This document shows positions 11,379-18,866 of a stretch of 64,000 bases of DNA, one piece after another (within the stretch, counting starts at the first letter, position 1; each line of letters begins with the position of its first letter). A program made the translations under genes and the position numbers. Source of the DNA: an uncultured Actinomycetes bacterium (GTDB lineage: Bacteria; Actinomycetota; Thermoleophilia; RBG-16-64-13). The notes under the pieces are model-generated. The model saw only the letters and a list, made by a program, of their open reading frames with translations. It ran no database searches and was not told the DNA's origin. Location: assembly GCA_963706025.1 (NCBI GenBank), contig CAVPLM010000005.1, forward strand, positions 32,001 to 96,000, given 5' to 3'.

Positions 11379-11777
11379 TTATGCATTTCTTGACACCCCG
11401 CAATTCAGACACGTGGGTCTGTGTACACAAATCAGTTCTCCACAAGCTGTACATTGCCAGCGGGCGTTTTCATTCCTGACGAACTGTCTGATTCCCACTT
11501 CCTCTATCTGCATCAGGTTCTCAATCATACTCATGCCGTATTTATCTCGATATCTCTTATCAAGGTTCTTTAATCGTGAACAGGGAAAGGAATCGCAGGA
11601 ATGATCGCAGTATTTCCATTTGCGCTTGTCACAGAATCTCAAAGTACACTTCCTGCTGCATTGAGTGTTGGGGGTGAGGCAGCCATCGCATTTGTTTCTA
11701 TCACGAACAAATCCTATGCAAAGGCGGCAGTTCATTCCGCAAGGAGCTATGTCGGATACCTTGGTGCGTGTTGTCAT
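11379..11777 (-). CDS. DUF3795-like Cys-rich protein, cassette gene
   Basis: IAPCGMNCRLC...CDGC...C...FPC...MIENL...IEEVG; clearly AT-richer than backbone; begins just after the complete attC. Confidence 0.8.
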   Translation of the reverse strand: MTTRTKVSDIAPCGMNCRLCIGFVRDRNKCDGCLTPNTQCSRKCTLRFCDKRKWKYCDHSCDSFPCSRLKNLDKRYRDKYGMSMIENLMQIEEVGIRQFVRNENARWQCTACGELICVHRPTCLNCGVSRNA

Positions 11778-11800
11778 TGAGTGTAGTACCTAAGTTCTGT

Positions 11801-11864
11801 GCCTAACGTTCAAGGTGAGGAGGGCGCCGCTTTCGGCGCGTCCCTCTCGATCGAAATGTTAGAA
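11801..11864 (-). other. Complete attC site (64 bp)
   Basis: Minus strand reads TTCTAAC ATTTC GATCGAGAGGGACGCGCCGAAAGCGGCGCCCTCCTCACCTTGAAC GTTAGGC, with R''/L''/L'/R' boxes and a central hairpin. Confidence 0.85.
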
Positions 11865-11892
11865 GGCAAATTGCCGAGCAGGGACCATTTGC

Positions 11893-12078
11893 CTCGTGAC
11901 CACGCAGACGCTCTACCACCTCGGTCGTGACTGGTATGGGACGCGGATGGACCTCGATTGGCAACCGGCGACCGAGACCGAAGCGACAGACATGTTCGCG
12001 AAGCACGGGCTGGTCGGGGATTTTTGGTCGCTGGTTTAGGAGGTGCCACCGAGCACTTCGAGCGAACGCGCAGACGGT
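11893..12078. repeat. 186-bp inverted repeat, copy A (reverse complement of 14693-14878)
   Basis: Sequence comparison; the same peptide strings appear in opposite-strand ORFs 11927+ / 14086- and 11810- / 14644+. Confidence 0.93.
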
Positions 12079-12158
12079 CGTCCCTCTGGAAGGCATCCTC
12101 GCGCAACTATCCGTGTCCGTCGGTAGTATCATGGGCAGTACTCTAGGAGGTACCATAG

Positions 12159-12330
12159 ATGAGCAGATTCCCCGCTATCGTCCCCATCTCGGACTTGCGT
12201 CAGGATGCGGCGGGCGTCATCAAGCGGGCGGCGCTCTCAGGGGAGCTGGTGTTCATCACCCAGCGGGGGCGACCGGCTGCCGTCATAGTGGACGCCCAGA
12301 CCTATGAGCGCACGCAACGCCAGTACGAGC
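12159..12330 (+). pseudogene. Truncated Phd/YefM antitoxin, paralog of 15937..16212
   Basis: IVPISDLRQDA...VFITQRGR; similarity stops after about 57 aa and no toxin follows. Confidence 0.65.
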
Positions 12331-12684
12331 CGATTCGTGGTATGGCCGGCCAAGGGTGGGCTACAAGCGAACTCCGGGAATGCAGTGTTCGAGTCCGGGC
12401 TTGGCGCCTTCGAGCTGACACGACTCATCGAAGAAGAGCTCGAGCGGGCGTTTGGCGAGAAGATCCCTTCGCTGGTCAAGACGTCGACTGAGATGATCGA
12501 GATCGCGGAGACGGTCAAGAGAACCGCCGGCTCAAGCTACATCTCGCCGCCCACCTGTCCAAGTGATCGGGTCCAATCCGGTCGTGAACCGACTCTAGAG
12601 CTCCACTCGATACACTACTGCGGATACGCTTAGCGTATCCTTTGTTACACTTGAAAGGCTGCGACGCGTCGACGGGAGGTGCGC

Positions 12685-13134
12685 ATGGAACGTGACCCCG
12701 GAACCGAACTGAGTATCACACAGGCGCAGTTCCGCTTCGCCAAGGCGCTCGCCGAGATCCTCGTCTACATCGTCGTGCTCAACCTGTTCGCTGAGTTCGT
12801 GCACGCCGTAGTCATTGAGTCGTTCTCGGTCTCGCTCGTGACGGCGGTACTTCTGTGGCTGATGCTCCGTGCAACCGTGCGCCTTGAGCGCCGAATCGCA
12901 GACTACTTCCGCGAAAGGAAAGGGGTCGTGCCGCGCGTCCTGCGGTACCTGTGCGCCTGGGCGATCCTCTTCGTTAGCAAGTTCGTGATCCTCGAGGTGG
13001 TCGTATTGGTCACCGCCGGACGCGCGGCGCTCGGCCACTTCTTCGAGATCGTCGCCATCGTCGTGGCGTTGCTGGCGGCGGAGGCTGCGCTGGCCTGGGT
13101 CTACAAGAGGCTCGGCAACCGTCCGAGCGGATGA
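12685..13134 (+). CDS. Four-TM membrane protein of unknown function
   Basis: GGAGG RBS; VVLNLFAEF, IESFSVSL, ILFVSKFVILE hydrophobic segments. Confidence 0.75.
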   Translation: MERDPGTELSITQAQFRFAKALAEILVYIVVLNLFAEFVHAVVIESFSVSLVTAVLLWLMLRATVRLERRIADYFRERKGVVPRVLRYLCAWAILFVSKFVILEVVVLVTAGRAALGHFFEIVAIVVALLAAEAALAWVYKRLGNRPSG

Positions 13135-13242
13135 TCCTGAAGTTCTGGGTCCGCTGTCATCGACCGGCAAAGGTCGTTGTGTCAGTGGTCAGTCTGGTCC
13201 GATACGGGTGGTCAGTCCGTGGCCCAGGGCGGCCACTATACC

Positions 13243-13271
13243 TTGCATATTCACCACATCGTGCGTAAAAT
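13243..13271 (+). promoter_or_regulatory. Sigma-70-type promoter, probably leaderless transcript
   Basis: TTGCAT-N17-TAAAAT with ATG 7 nt downstream at 13279. Confidence 0.6.
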
Positions 13272-13278
13272 GCTCGCC

Positions 13279-14538
13279 ATGAAGCAGGACTTCCTTGCCC
13301 GTCATGCGACCGAAACCGTGCTGCAACGTCTTCAAGTCTTCCGCGTCGTGGTCGTCACCGGGGCGCGCCAGGTGGGCAAGTCGACGCTTGCGCGGCTGGT
13401 GGTCGAGCAGCTCGGTGGGTCGTACCTCACACTCGACGACCCGCTGACGCTGTCCCAGGCCGCGGGAGATGCCGATGGTCTGGTGGCTTCGACTACCGGC
13501 CTGACGGTGATCGACGAGGTCCAGCGGGTTCCCGACGTGCTGCGGGCGGTCAAGCTCTCGGTCGACCGCGACCCGACGCCCGGCCGCTTTCTGCTCACAG
13601 GCTCGGCGAACCTGCTGGGCATGCGGGCGGTCACGGAGTCGCTGGCGGGCCGGGCGGTGTACCTCGACCTGCTCCCTCTCTCGTGGTCGGAGTCGGTGGG
13701 CGGGACGCGACCCCACACTATCGACCAGGCGTTCTCCGCCCAATCGGCCGATGAGTTCGCCGCATCGTTGCCGGCCGCCGGTCCCGGCGCGGGTGAGGAC
13801 GCGCGCCGGCGGGCGCTGTGCGGCGGGATGCCGGAGGCCTTTCGCCTTGACGCGGACAGCCGTCGCGCCTGGTACGACAGCTACCGGCGCACCTTCCTCG
13901 AACGCGATCTGCGACAGCTCTCGGACATCAGCCGCGTACCGGAGTTCGGTCGCGTCCTGAGTCTCGCTCTGCTCCGGAGCGGGGGGCTGCTCAACAAGAG
14001 CGATATCGCCGCCGACGCTCAGGTGTCGCACTCCACGGTCGATCGGTACCTCAACCTCCTCCAGGTGGCCTACCAGATCTGGCTGCTACAGCCGTTCTTC
14101 CCCAACGTCACCAAACGACTGGTGAAGGCGCCGAAGCTGTACGCGATCGACAGCGGCGCGGCCGCTTGGGCCGCGAATGCGTTCGACTGGCGCGCAGCCG
14201 TGGCGTCGGCCAAAGATGGCGCGCTTATGGAGACCTTCGCGCTTTCGGACGTCATGGCGTGGGACGGGCTCTCGGGCGCGTCTCGATATCATTTCTGGCG
14301 GACGGGAGCCGGCGCTGAGGTCGACCTGGTGATCGAGCGTGGTGAAGCTGTCGTGGCGATAGAGGTCAAGAGCGCGGTGACTCTTACACGCCACGACGCC
14401 AGTGGTCTGCGTGCGCTCCGCGCCGACCTGGGTGGTCGCTTCCGGCTCGGCATCATCGCGTACCTCGGTCAGGACGTCCGGGTGGTCGATCAGACGATCG
14501 TGGCCGTGCCGCTGGCCTCGCTGCTTGGGGCGACCTGA
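13279..14538 (+). CDS. AAA+ ATPase with DUF4143 domain (AAA_14 family)
   Basis: GARQVGKST, IDEVQR, LTGS, ESLAGR, GGMP, KAPKLYAIDSG, EVDLVIE...IEVK. Confidence 0.9.
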   Translation: MKQDFLARHATETVLQRLQVFRVVVVTGARQVGKSTLARLVVEQLGGSYLTLDDPLTLSQAAGDADGLVASTTGLTVIDEVQRVPDVLRAVKLSVDRDPTPGRFLLTGSANLLGMRAVTESLAGRAVYLDLLPLSWSESVGGTRPHTIDQAFSAQSADEFAASLPAAGPGAGEDARRRALCGGMPEAFRLDADSRRAWYDSYRRTFLERDLRQLSDISRVPEFGRVLSLALLRSGGLLNKSDIAADAQVSHSTVDRYLNLLQVAYQIWLLQPFFPNVTKRLVKAPKLYAIDSGAAAWAANAFDWRAAVASAKDGALMETFALSDVMAWDGLSGASRYHFWRTGAGAEVDLVIERGEAVVAIEVKSAVTLTRHDASGLRALRADLGGRFRLGIIAYLGQDVRVVDQTIVAVPLASLLGAT

Positions 14539-14544
14539 GGGCGA

Positions 14545-14700
14545 GTTCAGGCGAAGAGCTCCGCCGCCGAGCTCGCCGGCGATGTTTCCGTCGACCCAGC
14601 TGCCCGGACCGATGAGGAACACGCTCGCTGGCTCCTCGCCGAGATGCTCGAGTGGCACTGGCGCGAGCAGAAGGTGGTCTTCTGGGAGTACTACCGTCTG
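14545..14700 (+). pseudogene. Internal fragment of a TM0106-family nuclease/helicase
   Basis: DPAARTDEEHARWLLAEMLEWHWREQKVVFWEYYRL. Confidence 0.5.
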
Positions 14701-14878
14701 CGCGTTCGCTCGAAGTGCTCGGTGGCACCTCCTAAACCAGCGACCAAAAATCCCCGACCAGCCCGTGCTTCGCGAACATGTCTGTCGCTTCGGTCTCGGT
14801 CGCCGGTTGCCAATCGAGGTCCATCCGCGTCCCATACCAGTCACGACCGAGGTGGTAGAGCGTCTGCGTGGTCACGAG
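14693..14878. repeat. 186-bp inverted repeat, copy B
   Basis: Reverse complement of 11893-12078; includes the 3' end of the merB-like gene. Confidence 0.93.
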
Positions 14879-15391
14879 CGCACCGAGGCTCAGTCCTTCT
14901 GCATCCAGCCACGAGAACACGTCTGCTTCCGACCGGAACGCCGTCATGTTCGCTCAAGTGAAGACGATGTCGTCCCAGAACTGCTTCGCGGGAACGAGGA
15001 AGTGCACGATGGCGTCGCCTTCGGCCACCCCATCGCGCACCGTAAGCGTGATCGGCTCGCCGGTCGCCGGTGAATGCGTGTGGAGCGTGCCGTCGCCAAG
15101 AATCGCGAGGATCGACAGACCGTCCCACACGCAGTTGGCGAACCACGTTCGCTCGCCGATGGTGACAAGGAAATCCGAGTCGATACCCGAGAACGGATGC
15201 GCCATTCTCACGCGATCGGTGCCAGGAACTAGCACGAGGCGATGCTCGTCTGCCAATGAGTGAAGCGCCGCCGAGGCGTGGGACTCCGCCACACCGAGCA
15301 TGTCGCCGATGGCGGCGGCCGTCGGTGCCTGTCCGGTGTCGCGAAGCGTCTGGATCACGGTCGCCCGCACCTGCCGCTCGAACGAGTCCAT
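14732..15391 (-). CDS. MerB-like organomercurial lyase family protein, probable selenoprotein (TGA at 14956-14954 read as Sec; 219 aa)
   Basis: HTH N-terminus, MAHPFS, FANCVWDG, WDDIVFT*ANMTAFRSE; ORFs 14954..15391 and 14732..14947 are in the same frame; SECIS-like hairpin follows the TGA. Confidence 0.8.
14915..14951 (-). promoter_or_regulatory. Bacterial SECIS-like hairpin
   Basis: GAACAUG/CGUGUUC lower stem, UUCC/GGAA upper stem, GGUC apical loop starting 19 nt after the UGA. Confidence 0.7.
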
Positions 15392-15548
15392 ATGGTCTGC
15401 TCCTCCGAATCGGTCGACGGCAATGGTGCTAACAATACTTCGACAGTCTGCCGGAATCCGCCTTGAAATGACCCAAAAGCGTTTTCGTCGCGACTCCTCA
15501 GCCGCCTTTCCAGGGCTCGGGAGCGTCGAGACGCGCCCGGTGTGTGAT

Positions 15549-15637
15549 GCAGTTGAGCAGCAAGCTGCAGCCCGCTGCGAGTGGATCAGAGCGTAACGCG
15601 GAGGCCGTGGTTTGTCTGCTCGAACTGCTTGTTAGGC
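15549..15637 (-). other. attC site lacking its R' core
   Basis: GCCTAAC overlaps the toxin stop codon; L'' arm GCAGTTCGAGCAG pairs with CTGCTCAACTGC (one extrahelical base); no terminal GTTRRRY. Confidence 0.7.
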
Positions 15638-15940
15638 GTCGCCGGCTTCGGCTGGCTCATCAGGAATCTGCGCCCCATGCCATGCCGCCACGACCCAGAC
15701 TGTGTTGCCCTTGACACGGTAGAAGAAGCGGTACGGGTCGACAATGACTTCGCGGAACTGGAGATCAGGGAACTCGCGAACCACGCGACCCGACTCGGGG
15801 AATTCCGCGAGCCGGGCAAGTACGGTATTCACTCTCTGCTGGAATGCCCGGGCTGCGGACGGTCTGTCTGCGCGGACATAGGCGAGAGCCGCCAGGAACT
15901 GGATCCGGGCCGGCGGCGTGAACTGGACCCTCAGGGTCAC
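15632..15940 (-). CDS. RelE/ParE-family toxin
   Basis: RLAEFPESGRVVRE, FREVIVDPYRFFYRV, VVAAWHG. Confidence 0.88.
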   Translation of the reverse strand: MTLRVQFTPPARIQFLAALAYVRADRPSAARAFQQRVNTVLARLAEFPESGRVVREFPDLQFREVIVDPYRFFYRVKGNTVWVVAAWHGAQIPDEPAEAGDA

Positions 15941-16212
15941 GACTCGCCCAGAAGCGCCTCGGCCTCCGCCATCACGGTCTCCAGGTCGTAGCCCACGCCG
16001 GCCTCGATGTCGGCCTCACCGCGCGCGAGCAGGCGCAGGATCTCGAAGTTGTGCTGGCTGCGCTCGTAGGCGCCCGCGCTGACCAGGACCGCAACAGCAC
16101 GCCCGCGCTGCGTGATGAACACCGGTTCACCGGAAGCAGATGCCCGCTTCAGGATGGCCGAAGCATCCTGACGCAGCTCGCTGATTGGGACGATGTTGGG
16201 GACTGTACTCAT
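15937..16212 (-). CDS. Phd/YefM-family antitoxin
   Basis: IVPISELRQDA, PVFITQRGRAVAVL; 4-nt overlap with toxin. Confidence 0.88.
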   Translation of the reverse strand: MSTVPNIVPISELRQDASAILKRASASGEPVFITQRGRAVAVLVSAGAYERSQHNFEILRLLARGEADIEAGVGYDLETVMAEAEALLGES

Positions 16213-16254
16213 CAATGGTACCTCCTTCACTAGCGTTCATTGTACCACTGATGA

Positions 16255-16590
16255 ACCTACGCAGCGCTGCAGGCTCGTTGAGCATCTCCTGAAACCGCAA
16301 CCGGAGTTCCTCGAACGTTCTCTCGAGCGGATCGGCCGCCGGGACTGCCCGCGGAGCACGAACAACAGCGAAAAGGCCGTACCCGTGGTGCCCTCCGAAG
16401 GTGCCGAGGAGCCGTGCGAATCCACTGGGCATGAAGCTCAAGGTGCTGGAGATGGGGCGAGAGGTGGCGAGCGGCTAGCGTGTCGAGCGTCCGCTTGAAG
16501 GCAGGACATCGGCTTCGTGGATCGCAAGACCTCCGATGACGAAGTGGTCATCGGGATTGCTCGGCTCGAACGCCATGGCCCACGAAGTCG
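16255..16590 (-). pseudogene. Degraded DUF3800-like gene
   Basis: Fragments in different frames: DHFVIGGLAIHE, LELHAQWIR, ERTFEELRLRF; GTTGGGC core upstream at 16653-16647. Confidence 0.4.
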
Positions 16591-16748
16591 ACAACGTTCT
16601 CTCCTTGCGTGTCTGGTTCTCGGTTCAGTCTACCGGCGCGTCGAAGGCCCAACCATAGGTCGTTAGTTGCAGGTGGACGATTGGCACTTCTCAGGGCTGC
16701 GCGCTTCGAATCGAGGCCCGAAAGGTGCGGTTGCCGTCCTTGACACTC

Positions 16749-17820
16749 TCACCCGGCCTGGATCTCCTCCGCCATCTCCAGAAACCGGCAGAACGCATTG
16801 GCCAGCTGCATCTGGCGGGGCGTGCGGCAATCGACCTCGAAGAGACGCGGGCTTGCCACCAGGATGCAGGTCGCCCGCGCCCGCGAGGTGGCCACGTTCA
16901 GGCGGTTGAGGCTGTAGAGGAACTCCATGCCCCGGGGGGCCAGTTCGGGCGAGGAAGTCGCCAGCGAGAAGACGACCACCGGCGCTTCCTGCCCCTGGAA
17001 CCTGTCCACGGTGCCGACACGATGGCCCGGAAGACGAGTGGTCACATCGGCCACCTGGGCGTTGTAGGGGCAGACGATGAGCACCTGCTGGGCGTCCAGC
17101 GCACTCTCCTCGCCCTGGGCGTCGACCCAGAGCACGCCGTCCGTCAGCGATTCCACCGGCCGGCCGACGGCCTCCACCTCTTCGGGGGAGGAGTTCTGGT
17201 TGCCCTCGTGCTCCACAGGCAGGAACCAGAGCCCCGCGCCTGCAAGGGGCGTCGGCCCCCGCAGAGCCTGGTTCTCGAAACCCGGTCTCGACTCCAGCCG
17301 GCCCTCGCAGAAGAGCTCGGAGGTGAAGAGACAGATATCGGGATGCAGACGCCAGGTCTCGTCGAGAAAGAGTCCGCGATCGTCGGCGATGGTCTGACGG
17401 CCCTGAAGCAGGTGCTCGAGGGCCGACACTTCCGTGCCCTCGGGATGGCTGCCTTGTTGTGGTTGCTCCAGCTGCTGAGGGTCGCCGAGGAGGACGATGC
17501 TCTGTGCCGCCTGAGCGACCGCAATGACGTTCGCGAGCGACATCTGCCCGGCTTCGTCCACGAAGAGCACGTCCACGGCATCGCGGAAGTCAGGACGCGC
17601 CCACACCCAGGCAGTGCCGGCCGCCACCTGAGCCTGGCCAACGGCGACGCACTCGAGAAGGACGGCGTTGTCGGTCAGCTCGAGTATCTCCCGGTAGGTG
17701 TCCTCCGGATCGCCTTTGACCTTCTGGGCGCAGCACAGTTCGACTCCTTCGTCCGCCAGCCGGGCGATAGCGTTGATGTCATCGACGGTGCCGAACTTGC
17801 CTTCCACCCAATGAAGATCG
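16749..17820 (-). pseudogene. C-terminal SF1 (Upf1/DNA2-like) helicase part of a TM0106-family protein
   Basis: VDEAGQ, LGDPQQL, TWRLHP, PYNAQ, GTVDRFQGQE, RLNVATSRA; Walker A and N-terminal nuclease absent. Confidence 0.75.
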
Positions 17821-17913
17821 GCCTCGTCGCGAAGCTCAGAATCCTGGGGTGGGTAGCTGTAGCGGCAGAGCGGCGAGGACGAGCCTGGCGCGCATGCTCG
17901 GACAACGCGCGAA

Positions 17914-17937
17914 GTCGGCTGCACGCGCTTGTTCGAA
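17914..17937 (-). other. attC left half-site
   Basis: TTCGAAC AAGCG CGTGCAGCCGAC 12 nt after the toxin stop; right arm missing. Confidence 0.55.
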
Positions 17938-17949
17938 CTACACTCGCGA

Positions 17950-18246
17950 TTATCGGCGGCCACGCCAGTAGTAGGGTCGCTTCCGCTGATGCGCCACGGC
18001 CAGAATCCTAAGGGAGTTTTCACGAGTCTCGTAGATGAGGCTGTACGGGAACTTGGCGAGCACGAGCTTGCGAACGTCGTTAGTGACTTGCAGGGCAGCT
18101 CCGGGGTACTGCCGGATGCGCGCGAATCCGGTATCAACCTCATCTGTGAAGATCAATCCAAGACCAGGGCTCTCGCGCTCGTAGTAGTCGACGGCGTCAT
18201 TGAACTCACGACGAGCGTCAGGGTGAACCTGCAGCACCCGCGTCAC
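17950..18246 (-). CDS. ParE/RelE-family toxin
   Basis: HPDARREF..AVDYYE..PGLG, KFPYSLIY, ILAVAHQRKRPYYW. Confidence 0.9.
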   Translation of the reverse strand: MTRVLQVHPDARREFNDAVDYYERESPGLGLIFTDEVDTGFARIRQYPGAALQVTNDVRKLVLAKFPYSLIYETRENSLRILAVAHQRKRPYYWRGRR

Positions 18247-18467
18247 TTGAGGCGAGCCCTAGCCTCAGCGATGACCTGATCCGCTGGAATGGTCTCAACG
18301 AGGCCGGCATCGATCTCCGCGCTGCGGCGTAGCACCTCTTCGACCCACAACTGCTCGACCTCAGCCTCCGAGAGGGACTCAAGGCTGCTCAGGAGTTCGT
18401 GAGCCATGGAAGCACGATCCCTGGCACTGAGCATGAGGGCTTCGCGCATCAGTTCGTCAACGGTCAT
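18243..18467 (-). CDS. Putative addiction-module antidote (TIGR02574-like)
   Basis: [21 protein letters not shown]...W.EE..RR..EI..G; overlaps toxin. Confidence 0.85.
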   Translation of the reverse strand: MTVDELMREALMLSARDRASMAHELLSSLESLSEAEVEQLWVEEVLRRSAEIDAGLVETIPADQVIAEARARLK

Positions 18468-18547
18468 ATCACACCTCGCAAACGCCGGAATGCTCTCGCC
18501 GATATTGTACCTCGCGCATCTGACGCCGAACCCCTACCGAGTGTTGG

Positions 18548-18566
18548 TGCGAACAACCATTATCCG
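18548..18566 (-). other. Candidate attI simple site
   Basis: Minus strand CGGATAA-TGGTT-GTTCGCA (7-5-7 layout); the GTTCG core matches TTCGAAC at the end of the first cassette; flanked by direct repeats GCCGAACCCC(T)ACCGA at 18525 and 18571. Confidence 0.45.
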
Positions 18567-18716
18567 GTCTGCCGAACCCCACCGATGCAGCGCCTGGGTG
18601 TCTTCGTGGCGCCGGCTCCAGCTTCCCCCGGAAAGGGGCGGAAAGCGCTGGGAACCGCACGACGCTATGTCCCGCCCCGACCGTCGTTCGACAATAAACA
18701 GACTGTATATGCAGCC

Positions 18717-18812
18717 CTACAGAGCGTCAAGCGGGCTAGGGACAACCTGTCCGCCCCGGTTGAGCACATGGGTGTAGATCATGGTGGTACGCACATCGTT
18801 GTGGCCCAGCAG
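18717..18812 (-). pseudogene. intI: Integron integrase C-terminal remnant (31 aa)
   Basis: [31 protein letters not shown], the characteristic IntI box II and tail with catalytic His and Tyr. Confidence 0.88.
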
Positions 18813-18866
18813 TCGCCCCGTCGCCAGGCGGCGCGATCCGCCCCGTGCGCTAGAATACGTCCCCTC

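Larger units (their letters stand above)
7160..18812 (-). mobile_element. Decayed integron (IntI remnant, attI-like site, cassette array)
   Basis: IntI C-terminus, attC sites and half-sites next to short minus-strand genes of heterogeneous GC, TA cassettes; interrupts conserved murJ-lepA synteny; left boundary approximate. Confidence 0.8.

Noticed and set aside
18690-18722. LexA box near intI (CTGTATATGCAG...)
   Set aside because: The spacing does not fit CTGT-N8-ACAG or GAAC-N4-GTTC, and it lies 3' of intI.
18399-18866. N-terminal extension of LepA (762-aa ORF)
   Set aside because: Homology begins at [10 protein letters not shown] (18867), which has its own TAGAAT -10 box; the extension overlaps the intI remnant and attI.
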